Below are positions 24,830-38,791 of a stretch of DNA of 64,000 nt, piece after piece. Source of the stretch: Malacoraja senta. Its lineage: Eukaryota. The stretch spans positions 179,800,001 through 179,864,000 of the forward strand of contig CM075978.1 in NCBI GenBank assembly GCA_038087875.1, given 5' to 3'. Numbering within the stretch: position 1 is the stretch's first letter; each line of letters begins with the position of its first letter. The notes beneath the pieces are model-generated. The model had not been told where the DNA came from. It was given only the letters and a program-made list of their open reading frames with translations, and did no database searches. The translations under genes and the position numbers were made by a program.

Positions 24830-26374
24830 TCAGATGGTTGCAGATTTTTCAGATGGTTCCTATGGAGGAACATGAGGGTTGCGTGGGAAAAGCAAGTCAT
24901 CCCCAAAGCCTGGCGAAGAGCGGGGGGAGTGCTGATCCCAAAAGAAAATAATTTGTCCACCATCGAACAGTTTCGGCAAATAAACCTTCTTAACATAGAA
25001 GGCAAGATATTTTTCCGTGTGTTGGCGAAAAGACTCACAAAGTATCTGAAACAAAACTATTTCATTGATACGTCAATCCAAAAGGCTGGCATAGCAGGCT
25101 TCTCAGGATGCCTTGAACATACCAGCGTCATATGACATCAAATCCAGGCAGCTAAGAAAGAACAAAATAATCTGCATGTCGTGTTCTTTGATCTGGCCAA
25201 TGCCTATGGATCAGTTCGTCATTCGCTACTGTGGACTGCTTTTGAATTCTTTCAGGTGCCTGCAACAATAACAAATCTGGTAAAAACAACTACTTCCAGG
25301 ATCTGCAATTTTGTCTCACAACATCAGACTTTACCACAGCTTGGCAACCACTGGAAGTAGGCATCATGGCGGGGTGCACCATCTCCCCATTGACCTTCAC
25401 TACGACAGTGGAGCTGTTTATCAGAGCATCAAAATGGGTTGTGGGAGGAAAAAGGTCGACAGTGTGGTCAGCGGTTACCACCTATACGAGCCTATATGGA
25501 CGATATAACAACACTGACGACAACTGTCCCCTGCACCAAGAGACTTCTGGAAAAACTTCATCAAAACATCACATGGGGAAGGATGAAGATCAAACCCAGC
25601 AAGTGCAGAAGCATCTCCATTGTCAAAGGTCAAGTCAAGGATCAAAGGTTTCATATTGACGGAATACCTGTTCCAACTGTTTCAGAAATGCCAGTGAAGA
25701 GCTTGGGCCGATGGTATGATGCAAAGCTCAAGGACACCGAGCAGTTTGTACAACTAAAAAAGGATACCATCACGCATATAGCTTGCATCAACAAGTCCTT
25801 GCTACCAGGAAAACTCAAGCTGTGGTGCTTCCAGTTTGTCATACTACCAAGATTCATGTGACCTTTAACTGTGTATGAAATCCCCATCAACAAAGTGGAA
25901 AAGCTGGAAAGAATGATCAGCACATATGTGAAGCAGTGGCTTGGACTTCCACGATGCTTAAGTCCTGTCGGACTGTACGGGAGTGGCAAATTGGAATTAC
26001 GCATTGCAGGTCTTGTGGAAGAGTTTAAATGCACTAAATCAAGGTTGGTCATGAACCTCACTGAATCTGAAGATACTGTTATTCGAACAGCGGCCCCCCA
26101 CGTGGCAATGGGGAGCCGTTCAGAGTGCTAAGTCTGTGCTTCATTTCAGGAATGTGGTTGTCCAAGTCCAACAAGCGAGAGCCGGGCTCGGGCTCGTCCC
26201 AAAAGCTCCTCAATGGCACAAGGCAACATCAGTGCAGAAGAGACGGCTCATGGTGGAGGAGGTGAGAAGACAGGAGGAGGCAGAGCGACACACCATGGCC
26301 GTCTCAATGGCCAAGCAGGACTAACTGGGAGAGCTTGGAAAAGAGGAAACTCAGCTGGCGTCTCATCTGGCAGA
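24830..26374 (+). mobile_element. Hero (R2-Hero-like) non-LTR retrotransposon, decayed RT region
   Basis: 'IPKAWRRAGGVLIPKE..FRQINLLNIEGKIFF..IQKAGIAGFSGCLEHTSVI', 'RAYMDDITTL..RMKIKPSKCRSISIVKG', 'KQWLGLPRCLS'. Confidence 0.8.
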
Positions 26375-28423
26375 TGCCTCTGTACTCCACAATTTGAGAT
26401 TTGTAATAGAAAAAAATCACATGTGCTTAAAGTGTACATTGTCAGATTTTAATAAAGGCCATTTCTATACATTTTGGTTTCACCATGTAGAAATTACAGC
26501 AGTGTTTATACATTGTCCTCCCATTTCGGTGTACCATGATGTTTGGGACACAGCAATGTCATGTAAATGAAAGTAGTCATGCTTAGTATTTTGGTGCATA
26601 TCCTTTACATGCAATGACTGCTTGAAGTCTGTGATTCAAGGACATCACCAGTTGCTGGGTGTCTTCTCTGGTGATGCTCTGCCAGGCCTGTATTGCAGCC
26701 ATCTTTAGCTCATGGGGCTAATCCCCTTCAGTTTTCTCTTCAGCATATAAAAGGCATGCTCAATTGGGTTCAGATCGGGTGATTGACTTGGCCACTCAAG
26801 AATTGACCATTTTTTAGCTTTGAAAAACTCCTTTGTTGCTTTAGCAGTATGTTTGGGATCATTGTCTTGCTGTAGAATGAACCACCGGCCAATGAATTTT
26901 GAGGCATTTGTTTGAACTTGAGCAGATAGGATGTATCTAAACACTTCAGAATTCATTATGCTACTACCATCAGTAGTTGTATCATCAATGAAGATAAGTG
27001 AACCAGTACTTTCAGCAGCCATACATGCCCAGGCCATAACACCTCCACCACCGTGTTTCACAGATCCAGTGGTATTCTTTGGATCTTGGGCAGTTTTCTC
27101 CTCCATACTTTGCTCTTGCCATCACTCTGATATAAGTTAATCTTCGTCTCATCTGTCCACAAGACCTTTTTCCAGAACTGTGGTTGCTTTTTAAAGTACT
27201 TCATGGCAAACTGTAACCTGGCCATCCTAAAGTTTTGCGGCTAACCAGTGGTTTGCATCTTGCAGTATAGCCTCTTTATCTCTGTTCATGAAGTCTTCTG
27301 CTGACAGTGGTCATTGACAAATCCACACTTGACTCCTGAAGAGTGTTTATGATCTGTCGGACTGGTGTTTGGGGATTTTTATTTATTATAGAGTGAATTC
27401 CTCTGTCATCAGCTGTGGAGGTCTTCCTTGGCCTGCCATTCCCATTGCAATTGGTAAGCTCACCAGTGCTCTCTTTCTTCTTAAAGATGCTCCAAACAGT
27501 TGATTTTGGTAAGTTTTTATTCTTGTTTCTCTCATAATGGCTTCCTTGACTTTCATTGGCACAACTTTGATCCTCATGTTGGTAAACAGCATTAAAATTT
27601 TCCAAAAGTTTTGAAAAGACTGGAGGAAGGACTAGGTGCTGAGAGCTCTCTAATACCTGCACCCGAGCAATTACAAATACCTGTGAAGCCATGTGTCCCA
27701 AACATTATGGTGCCCTGAAATGGGGGGACTATGTATAAACCAGGCACGTGCCGTGAGTAATTACTCAGATAGGCACTAGGCAGTCAGTCGACTTTTAAAA
27801 ATCCTAAAAATCCGCGCATGCGCAGAAAATCGTAAAAAGCACGCATGCGCAAATCTGTCCTGCAGGCAGTCAGTCGACATCTTAAAAATCTTAAAAACCG
27901 CGCATGTGCAGGTTGGTCTCCTCTCCTGTGGCATGCGCAGCGCCTTGCGCGCAGTCCACGTTGCAAAGTAGAATTTCATCTGCCTTTATTGCCCGTTGTC
28001 AGTGAAGTGTTGAAGAAGCATCCACGGCACGTGAGTTGAACATATTTACGCGTATTACGGGTACTGCGGATGAAAGGCACGGGAAAATTATAATATTATT
28101 ATATTAACCATTTAATAATAGATATTGAATTTAGTAAATGAATTGGAAATCTTTACTATTTATATTTAATAATTACCTTTTTATAATTGTATTCCGGGTA
28201 GGCAGTGCCTACCTTGCCTACCCTGATGGCACGTGCCTGGTATAAACACAGCTGTCATTTTTACATGGAGAAACCAAAATGTATTAAAAAAATATCCTTT
28301 AATAAAATCTGACAATGTGCACTTTAACCACATGTGATTTCTTTCTATTACAAATCTCAAATTGGAGTACAGAGGCAATAAATAAATGATGGGTCTTTGT
28401 CCCAAACATTATGGACGGCATTG
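26375..28423 (-). mobile_element. Tc1/mariner transposon, decayed
   Basis: Transposase fragments 'VKHGGGGVMAWACM','QQDNDPKHTAK..EWPSQSPDLNPIEH'. Long TIRs (gcctctgtactccacaatttgagatttgtaatag... and its reverse complement at ~28345-28375). The right end is followed by TA and the left TIR is truncated. Confidence 0.92.
27741..28239. mobile_element. hAT-type MITE inserted in the Tc1 TIR
   Basis: TIR CAGGCACGTGCC / GGCACGTGCCTG; perfect 8-bp TSD GTATAAAC at 27733-27740 and 28240-28247. Confidence 0.9.
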
Positions 28424-29832
28424 TAGTACAGTACAGGAACAGGCCCTTGTACAAAACATGATGCCAAGATCAATTTTTAGCTGCCTGCACATAATTCATA
28501 TTATTCCATTCCTACATATCCATATGCCTATCCAAAAGTCTATTAAATGCCACCATCACGTCTGCCTCCACTACCACCACCCTGAGCAGCCTCTTCTTCT
28601 TGCGTATGGGGTGCACAGCCTAAAGTTGTTCTGTTTCATCTTCTGTTTGTGCATGCCAGGTTGATTGCATTAGTCGAAACAGGGTGGACCACGTGAAGAT
28701 TGTGATCTCCCACCCCACCCCGAGCAGCATGTTCCAGGCACTCAACCCGCTCTGAATAAAAAACTCGCCCGCGGGTCTACTTTAAACCTTGACCTCTCAC
28801 CTTAAAGCTGTGCCCTCTAGCATTTGATATTTCCATCATGGGAGAAAGGTTCTGACTGTCTACCTTTGCCTCACATAATTTTATATACTTCAATCAGGTC
28901 TCCCTACAACAACTAAAAAGCATGATGACTTAAATCCCGTTAATTACCACCTCATCAGTCTATCATCAATCATCAGCAAAGTGATGGAAGGTGACAGCCA
29001 CACTGCTATCAAGCTGCATTTACTCACCTATAACCTGCTCCCAATTTGACTATCACCAGGATTGCTCAGCTCCAGATCTAGCATGGCCTGGTCGAAAACA
29101 GAAGGAATTACAGAGATCAGCATGAGTATTCTTGACATTAAGGCAACATTTGTTTAGGGCATGAAGGAGCCCTGGTAAATGTGAACCCCAGGGAATCAAG
29201 GGGGGAAAAATCACTAGTGATATCAAAGAAGTTATGTCCCCGACTTATCAAACCTTGCAGAAAGGAGGGAGATTGTACAAGGCTTAGATGATTGCAACCT
29301 TCCTGTTTCAACGAATGCAATCAACCTTGCGTGCACAATCAAATAAGATCAAATAGAACAAGTTGTCCTACAACTTTAGGCTGTGCATGCCATACGCAAG
29401 AAGAAGAAGAAGAAGTTGAATAAGGTTTGTGCTTCATTGTGTGTCAATGAACGTTCTTGTATATCACTGGAGCAACCAGGCCAAAATTCAGGCATCAGTG
29501 TGTCAGGCCAAGACTGAAAGTAGCACTTGCCAACAATGTCCAACTATTCCAGTAACATGTTGTCGTGCTCCCATTGGCGAGAATTTGAATTACCTAACCA
29601 ATCCACTGTATGTTCAAGACTAGGGGAAAGCCTTACAAACTTCACAACCTGGGAGAACCTTCATCCTCAAAATCTGTGTTCTGGAAGGCTGGCATCAGGA
29701 GCCAAATATAATGTGCTGGGGATATTCAGCGGGATCTGTGGGAGAGAGAGACAGAATTAACATATTTGACTGGCATCTTTTCATTCTTTTCATGAACAGC
29801 TCCAGAATGCCGTGCTTTTATTTCAGATTTAT

Positions 29833-30005
29833 NNNNNNNNNNNNNNNNNNNNNNNNNNNNNNNNNNNNNNNNNNNNNNNNNNNNNNNNNNNNNNNNNNNN
29901 NNNNNNNNNNNNNNNNNNNNNNNNNNNNNNNNNNNNNNNNNNNNNNNNNNNNNNNNNNNNNNNNNNNNNNNNNNNNNNNNNNNNNNNNNNNNNNNNNNNN
30001 NNNNN
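29833..30005. other. Assembly gap (N run)
   Basis: Run of N. Confidence 1.
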
Positions 30006-30539
30006 CGTCGCTACGCCAACACCACACCCAGAAACGCCGAGATTTTTTCCATTTCGGTAGTGATTTCACTTTTCATTCAAGTAGCCACTCCTGATTAAAT
30101 TTCGTCGTGTTTATGTACACATTTTAATAAATCGTTTTCCCCCCCAAATTTTTTCAAAATGTAAAAAAAACCACCTCTCACCCCATCCCTTCCCCTACCC
30201 ATCTGTCCCTCTCCACCACTCCCCCTACCCCTCTCCCCCTTCCTCCCCACTCTTCCACTTCTCTCCACCCTTCCCCCACCCCTCTCCCTCCCCACCTCTC
30301 TCCCTCCCCCACCCTCTCTCTCCCCTCCCTCCCTCTCTCCCCCAACCCCTTCCCCTACCCCTCTCTCCCTCTTCCACCACCCCCCTACCCCTCTCCCCTC
30401 CCTCTCTCTCACTTCCACCACTCCCCCTCCACCGCCTGTGTGTTTGGGGGTGGTTAGTGTGAGTGTGACGCCGCATCTCCCCCCCCCCCCGCAAATGCAC
30501 GTTGGGGAGACAGACCCAACGGGTCTGCACTTGGTCTAG
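30006..30539 (+). mobile_element. Helitron-like element 3' portion
   Basis: Subterminal hairpin AGACCCAACGGGTCT (30512-30526), then 9 nt and a terminal CTAG. The interior is pyrimidine-rich. Confidence 0.55.
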
Positions 30540-31094
30540 AATATATATATATTTGGCATCAGTTTAGAGCACATGTTAAGTTAAATGCTCTGTGGAGATG
30601 TTCTTTTATCAACTTGTTGTTTAGATTTTTGTTCTCTTTTTTGTTGGTATTAGGAAACTCAATTCCAACGCAAATTGGAAGACATAAACCGTTCACACAA
30701 GAAAGTGAACTACAGCGCCACCCAGTGCAAGCTGTTCATTTTTGGTCTTATTTTCCAGCCAGAGTTCTATGTATAATTGAAACATCTTCGACAACTTGAA
30801 AGTAAGAGGCATAGTTGGACACCGCCCATGCAGCAATCTGTTTGGAATGTATAACTGATGCTGCCATTAATTGGCAATCAGTTCATTGATGAAGTTCTTT
30901 AAATTGCTCGGCTAACCGCTCAGCTCACTTGTTTTTGTTTTACAAGGTTTAGTTTAGAGATACAGCCCGGAAACAGGCCCTTGGGCCTCTCGAGTCCATG
31001 CCGACCAGCAATCCCTGCACAATATCCAGCACACACTAGAGACAATTTACAATTTTCTCAATTCAACTAGGAAGATACAGGACCTTTTCATTTC

Positions 31095-31682
31095 AAAGAG
31101 GAAGAAAGATTCTGAAGGGAGAATGAGGCGACTGTGGCTGACAAGGGAAGTCAAAGACAGCATAAAGCTAAAAAAAGTGAAGGCAGATAACATTGCAAAG
31201 ATTAGTGGGAAGCTAGAGGATTGGGTACCTTTTCAAAAACAACAGCAGGTAACTAAAAATACAATAAGGGGAGAAAAGTTGAAATATAAAAGTAAGCTAT
31301 CCAGTAATATAAAAGAGAACAGTAAAAGTTTATGCAGATCTATGAGGTGTAACAAAGAGGCAAGAGTGGATATTGGACCTCTGGAAAATTATGCTGGAGA
31401 AGTGATAATGAGGAATAAAGAAATGGCAGATGAATTGAATACGTTTTTTTTGCATCAGTCTTCACGGTGGAAGACACCAGCAGCATGCTGGAAATTCAAG
31501 AGAGTCAGGGGTGGAAGTTAGTGGAATGGCTATAATTAAGGAGAAGGTGCTTGGGAAGCTGAAAGGTCTGAAGATTATTAAGTCACCTGGACTGCACCTA
31601 AGGGTTCTGAACAAGGTGGCTTTAAAAATTGTGGAGGCATTAGTAGTGATCATTCAAGCATCACTCTAGTCAGGAGTGGTTC
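31095..31682 (+). mobile_element. CR1 LINE ORF2 fragment
   Basis: 'WLTREVKDSIKLKK...IGPLENYAGEVIMRNKEMADELNTFF', 'KSPGLH'. Confidence 0.8.
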
Positions 31683-31689
31683 CAGAAGC

Positions 31690-34600
31690 TAACCTTAAGA
31701 AATCGCTCCCTAACTTCCACCAACATGTCTCCTGCAGCACCAGAGGACAAAACTCCCTCGACCACTGATACACGACCATCAAGGATGCCTATCGCTCTAT
31801 CTCTCGCCCTCACTTTGGTAAATCTGACCATACCGCGGTGCTGCTTCTTCCTGCCTACAGGCAGCAATTGAAGAGCGCACCCCCCTGAGGTGAGGACTGT
31901 TCAGAGCTGGTCGGGGGGTGGGGGGGGGGGGGGGCGGGCTGAGGAACAACTCCAGGACTATTTGGAGTCTGTAGACTGGGCAATGTTCAGGGACTCGGCA
32001 ACGGAACTGGACGAATACGCCACAGTCGTTACAGACTTCATAAAAAAATGTGGGGAGGACCGCATCCCAACAAAAACCTTCCGAGTGTTCCCCAATCAGA
32101 AGCCTTGGATGAACTATGAGATCCGCACTCTTCTGAAGACCATGTCATTCATGTCCGAAGATACAGAGGTCTACAAGTAGTCCAGATACGACCTTGGTAA
32201 GGCCATCAAAAAGGCCAAAAGGGACTTTTGCTCCAAGCTGGAGGATGAGATGGATGTTCGGCAACAGTGGCGGGGCTTGAATGCCATCATTTCCTACAAG
32301 GCAAAATCAGGAGGCAGCTCAAATGTCAGCAAAGCATCACTCCCTGACGAGCTCAATGCGTTTTACGCACGCTTTGATAGGCAGAATACTGATGTGCCTT
32401 TCCGAGCCCCCATTCGCCGTGATGCTATTTCGGTCACAGTCACAGAGGTCGATGTCAGAAAATCCTTCAGAGGGGTGAATCCTCGGAAAGCGCCTGGACC
32501 TGATGGTATACCTAGTAATGTTACAAAATTTTGAGATTTTATAAATAAAGTCTGTAATTTATCCCATCAGATAAAGCATAAAAAGACGTTTAATTTGACA
32601 TATCTTCAGTATTAAAAAAGCTATGGCCATTTTCATACTCGGAAATTAGCATCTTGTTCCCTATTGCTTTTCCATTGACTTAACACAAATGCTGTGATCG
32701 AGGACAGTCAAAAGCCCATAACTTTCTTAAAAATTAAGAGAACTGAAAGACATTTTCAGTTATTATAGATTGAAGCATTCTGAAACAAATATGAAACAAT
32801 CTTACTTAGATAACATGAAATTAAAGCATATAATTAGTTAGTTATCTAATTGTAGCTAATTACAAAATTCAATTACTAGATCTAAACATCTATCAATTTC
32901 TTAAGAATAGATTAACATTTTTAAATAGCCTAAGTGTCCAAATAACATTCACACAAGAATTCACAATATAACATAATTTTTATATCTCATTGTCATGGAT
33001 TTATAGGCCAAATGGAAGGAATTTAATGTTTAATACCTGTAAATTAATGGCCATTTAAATCATCTTGCGAGTGGGTTTTTCTGGAACGCGATCATTTGGA
33101 ACGTTGCGGTTGCGGTGAATTTAAACCCGTATCGGCATGAAAAATACTGCCGGTTCGTATGGGGAAAAAAATCACCGTTTCGCAACTTAAAATGTGAATT
33201 AAAGGCATCTTAAGGAGCACTTTTTTACATAAAATAAACGGCTTTTGTTTACCTGTCCCGTGCATGAAATCCGTCCCCGTTGTCGGCGTTGACGGCTTTA
33301 GAAGCTGATTTTAAAAGAACTCCAGCGCTGAAAATGTCAGGCGATTAAAAAAAAAAAATACACAGAACGCCCGTCGGAACGATTCTTCAGCAAAAGCTTG
33401 CACTCCAACTAAATATAATCCAGGACAAGGTAGGAGAAACCCGCGTTTTAACCCCGTCCCCCCCTCAAAGGCACCAAATCGCGCACACGGCCAGTGGCAG
33501 AATTGCAGGGCCGCTGAAGGTAAGTATTGTAACATAACTAGTATACCCGGTCGTGTTCTGAAAACCTGTGTGGACCAACTGGCTGAAGTTTTTACGGACA
33601 TTTTCAACCTCTCACTTCTGAGGTCTAAGGTTCCCACCTGCTTTAAAAGGGCATCAATAATACCTGTGCCCAAGAAGAGCAAGATGATGTGCCTCAATGA
33701 CTATCAACAAGGGCATCAATAATACCTGTGCCCAAGAAGAGCAAGATGATGTGCCTCAATGACTATCAACCAGTGGCACTAACGTCTGTGGTGATGAAGT
33801 GCTTTGAGAGGCTGATCATGGCACAAATCAACTCATACCTCGACAAAAACCTGGACCCACTGCAGTTCGCTTACCGCCACAACAGATCAACGGTGGATGC
33901 GATCTCGCTGGCTCTCCACTACGCTCTGGACCACTTGGACAACAAAAACTCATATGTCAGACTGTTATTCATTGACTACAGCTCGGCATATCATCCCCTC
34001 CAAACTAGTTACCAAGCTCTCAGAACTGAGTTTCTGCGCATCCCTCTAATTGGATCCTCGACTTCCTCATTCACAGACCACAGTCTGTTCGTATTGGTGG
34101 AAATGTGTCAGCCCCGATAACAATCAGCACGGGAGCACCTCAAGGCTGCGTGCTCAGCCCCCTGCTGTACTCACTCTATACTCATGACTGTGTAGCAGGT
34201 CATAGTGCAAACTCCATCATCAAGTTTGCCGACGACACCACTGTTGTGGGACGTATCACTGATGGAGACGAGTCAGAGTATAGAAGTGAGATCGACCGAC
34301 TGACGAAATGGTGCCACCACAATAATCTAGCTCTCAACACCAGCAAAAACCAAGGAACTGATTGTGGACTTTGGAAGGGATAGGATGGGGACCCACATTC
34401 CTGTTTATATCAATGGGTCGATGGTGGAAAGGGTCAAGAGCTTCAAATTCCTGGGTGTGCATATTTCCAAAGATCTCTCCTGGTCCCAGGACACTGATGC
34501 AATTATAAAGTAAGCACATCAACGCCTCTACTTCCTGAGAAGATTACAGAGAGTCGGTATGTCGAGGAGGACTCTCCCGAACTTCTACAGGTGCACAGTA

Positions 34601-35119
34601 GAGAGCATGCTGACCGGTTGAATCGTGGCTTGGTTCGGCAACTTGTGCACCCAGGAGCAGAAAAGACTGCAAAAAGTTGTAAACACTGCCCAGTCCATCA
34701 TCGGCTGTGACCTCCCTACCATCGAGGGGATCTACCGCAGTCATTGCCTCAAAAAGGCTGGCAACATCATCAAGGACCCACACCATCCTGGCCACACACT
34801 CATCTCTCCGCTGCCTTCAGGTAGAAGGTACAGGAGCCTGAAATCTGCAACATTCAGGTCCAGGAACAGCTACTTCCCCACAGCCATCAGACTATTAAAC
34901 TCAACTCAAACAAAAATCTGAACTTTGATAGCCTATTGCACTTTATATGCTTATTTATGTATGTATATATATATTCAATGGTATATGGACACACTGATCT
35001 GTTCTGTATTTTTTTATGCCTACAATATTCTGTTGTGCTGAAGCAAAGCAAGAATTTCATTGTCCTATCTGGGACACATGACAATAAACTCTCTTGAATC
35101 TTGAATCTTGAATCTTGAA
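31690..35119 (+). mobile_element. Rex1/Babar LINE (5' truncated), interrupted by a TIR element
   Basis: 'VDWAMFRDSATELDEYATVVTDFIKKC','KAPGPDGIP|GRV','[13 protein letters not shown]','[32 protein letters not shown]', a 3' UTR and a (CTTGAAT)n tail. There is a 62-bp tandem duplication at 33647-33770. Confidence 0.92.
32512..33541. mobile_element. AT-rich non-autonomous TIR element, superfamily unassigned
   Basis: TIR CTAGTAATGTTACAA / TTGTAACATAACTAG (14/15). Flanking duplication TATAC. Removing it restores the Rex1 frame PDGIPGRV. Confidence 0.8.
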
Positions 35120-35730
35120 TGATTGGAAAATTGTGAATATTACTCCACTGTCCAAGAAGTGAACAAAGAAGAAGAGTGGAAACTATAGTCCGGTTTGCCT
35201 GACTTCAGTGTATGGTAAGATTTTGGAGTCCAATATAAAGGATAAGGTATCTGAGTACTTAGAAGCGCACAATAAAATAGGACAAAGTGAGCATGGGTTT
35301 GTGAAAGGGACATCTTGCCTGACGAACCTTTTGGAATTCTTTTAGTAAGTAAATAGCAGGATAGACAAAGGAGAGTCAGTGGATGTTGTTAACCTGGATT
35401 TTCGGATGGCCTTTGATAAGGTGCCACACGTGAGGCTGTTAAAGAAGATGGGATAACCATGGTATCAGAGGGAAGATACTAGCATGGATAGCAGGTTGGC
35501 TGAATGGTGGAAGGCAAAGAGTGGCAATAAAGGGGGATTTTTCTGGTTGGCTGCCAGTGACTAGCAGCGTTCCATCGAGGTCGGTGCTGGGGCCGTTACT
35601 CTTCATGTTGTATATGAATGATTTGGATTAACGAATTGAAGGCTTTGTGGCCAAGTTTGCAGATGATACGAAGATAGATGGAGGGGCATATAGTGTAGAG
35701 AAAGCAGGAACTCTGTAAAAGGACTTGAAC
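35110..35730 (+). mobile_element. CR1 LINE RT fragment
   Basis: Degenerate 'HGFVKGTSCLTNL','DF..AFDKVPH','VAKFADDTKI'. Confidence 0.8.
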
Positions 35731-35849
35731 AAATTACGAATTAACGCCTTTCTTATTGCTTGGAAGTGGATCTGAAATGGTCTGTTCATGTTCTGTTCCT
35801 TGCAATTGATTTAACATGTTGGACCAAAGTTTACTACTTTGATTTGATT

Positions 35850-36690
35850 TGATTCAACTTTATTGTCATTGTCTTCAAGTAAGAGACAACGAAATGCTAT
35901 TTCCCATACAGTCATATGAATAAAAAAACAAAAACACAGAACACGATAGTCCACAACACAAACATCCCCACAGCGGCACCAAAGTTCCCCACCGTGAGGG
36001 AAGGCACCGAAGTCCAGTCAATCTGCTCGCTGATGTTCCCCGATGTTCACCCGTGGTCGTGGTCTCCCGAGCCCCCCGCCATCGCTGCTACGGGTGGCCC
36101 GATGTTCAGGCCTTCTCGCCCGGAACGATGGAACCCAACGTCGAATGGAAGAACATCCTCAGCGGCCTGGACCTCTGAATCGGCCACCTCCCAACGGAGT
36201 CCGCGGCTCCCGAAGTGCACAGGCCGAGCTGGACGGAGATTCAACGCTGGTGGCAAAGGGTCCCATAACTCCGCGATGTTGGTCAGCGCCGCCCGCGCTG
36301 GGAGCTCCGCAAAGCACAGCTCCGCGATGTCGATGCAGCAGGCCCAACACTCCGGAGCCTCAAACGGCGATCCCAGATGAGGCATCGCCCGCTCCGTGAT
36401 GTATCCAGCGCTGCGCCGCCGCTGCTGAAGCTCTAGTCCGGTCCCCGGCAGGAAAGGCCGCACCAATCTAGGTGGTAGGCCGCGAGGAGGGGGGCGAGGG
36501 CGCAACTCGGATAATAGTCGCTTCCTCGCCAGGAGGTGACTGAAAGATGGGTTCCCCTTACCCTACCCACCTCCCCCGCATAAAATACTAAAAATAAAAC
36601 TCCAAAAACATACTTTAAACTAAAAATAAAAAAGATAAAAAGACAAACAGACTGTAGGCGGAGGCAGCCATCAACAGCGCCACTGGATGT
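35850..36690 (-). mobile_element. GC-rich non-autonomous retroposon
   Basis: Reverse complement of 14445-15282 (e.g. RPPPRGLPPRLVRPFLPGTGLELQQRRRSAGY). Confidence 0.75.
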
Positions 36691-38390
36691 CAGGTTCCAG
36701 AAAAATAGGGTAGTGATAGTATATAAACAAAATTCTTTGATCTCGTACCTTAGATGTGAATAATATCAATACCTTAAAGGACTTCAGTTGTCCGTTTCGT
36801 TTACATTCCTTTTCTCTTATATTTATTTGTATTTCAATATTTTTTCAGTTAATTTATCTCCATGCATTATGGTATTTATGATATTTGTCAAGCAATGGAA
36901 GTCCTTCCCACTCTACACCTCTAGTGACATCTTCTGATCCTAAAATTGAATGCCATTTTTCTGCACAGTGCAGATGATTGGCTGCAGAAAGGTAAACCCA
37001 GTGAGTTTTCTCACTGTTTTTTCAATGCAATACAACACATACCTACAAGATGAGGTTAGGGCAAGGATAGGTACGAGCGATTGGGATGTTGTAGCCATGA
37101 CTGAAACCTGGTTAAGGAGGATGTCAAGGCTGTGATCAGAGGGCACATTACGGACGGTTGAGGTGATATGGGTGGAGATGAGGAACAAGAAAGGGATGAT
37201 CACCTTGTTGCGGGTGTACTACAGACCCCCGAATAGTCAACGGGAATTAGAAGAATAAATATGCCAGGAGATTGTAGACAGCTGCAGGTCAAATAGGGTT
37301 GTTGTAGAAGGGGATTTTAACTTTCCCAATATAGACTGGGAAAATCATAGTGTGAAGGGTTTAAATGGCGTGCAATTCTGCAAGAATGTTCAGGAGAGTT
37401 TTCTTAAGCAGTATGTAATGGCCCCATACGTGAGAGGGCATCACTGGGTCTAGTGTTGGGAAGTTGGGAAGGCAAGTTAATGAAGTGTTTGTGGAGGAGC
37501 CATTTGGGATCAGTGACCACAGTTCGATTAGGTTAAAGATAGTTATGGATAGGGTCCATGGAGCGGGTCCATGTGTTAAAATGCTCAACTGGGATAAGGC
37601 CAGCTTTGAGGTTGACTGGAGCTGGTTATTTGAGGGGAAAGGAACATGTTTTTCAAAAATGTGTTTTAAAAGTGTGATGACGAAAGCTCAGGATATATAC
37701 GTCCCCGTTAGAGTGAAGGGCAAAGCAGGCAAAGGTAAGGAAGCTTGGCTGATGATGGTAATTGAGGTGTTGGTCAAAAACATGAAGGATGCATGGGACA
37801 GGTATTGGCAGCTGGGATCAAGTGCATTCCTGGAGGAGTTCCGGTAACTAAGGAGTAAATTGAAAAAGGATATCAGAAGGGCAAAGAGGGGTCAGGAGAT
37901 AGCTCTGGCGGGTAGCATTAAGGACAATCCCAAAAGATTTTATAAATACGTAGGGGGGAAAAGGGTAACTAGAAAGAGAGTGGGACCTCTCAGGAATCAA
38001 AGCGGTCACCACTGTGTGGAGCCACAGGAGATCGGCAAGGTCCTCAATGAATATTTCTCCTCTGTATTTACCGAGGAGAAAGACAATAGGACAGAGGAAC
38101 TTTGGGCAGTCAATGGAAGTGTCTTGAGAGCAGTCAGTGTTACCATCAGTGGGGGGGGGGGGGGGTACGCAGGTGACGGCGTTCCCCTACTTTTCAGTTT
38201 CCAGTTTCCATCCTGTGCATGAATTCGTAGCTTTATCCTGCGCTACTTAATCCAAGGGCGAGCGAACGCGCGGACAGATGGACGAAAGCAACAATCATAG
38301 AGCGGAATAGATGACATTTCGGGTCGAGACCTTCAGACTGAGTCAGGGGAAAGAGGTGGAAGAGATATAGATGGTACTAAGGACAAATGA

Positions 38391-38687
<297 letters not shown>

Positions 38688-38791
38688 TAAGGGGGAATTA
38701 ATAAAAAACACCCGAAGGAAATAGATGTTTAACAAAAAAAAGAGGGCCGGCGATCGCTCCATGTCCATGTCGGAGGGAAGGGGGGTAGGGG

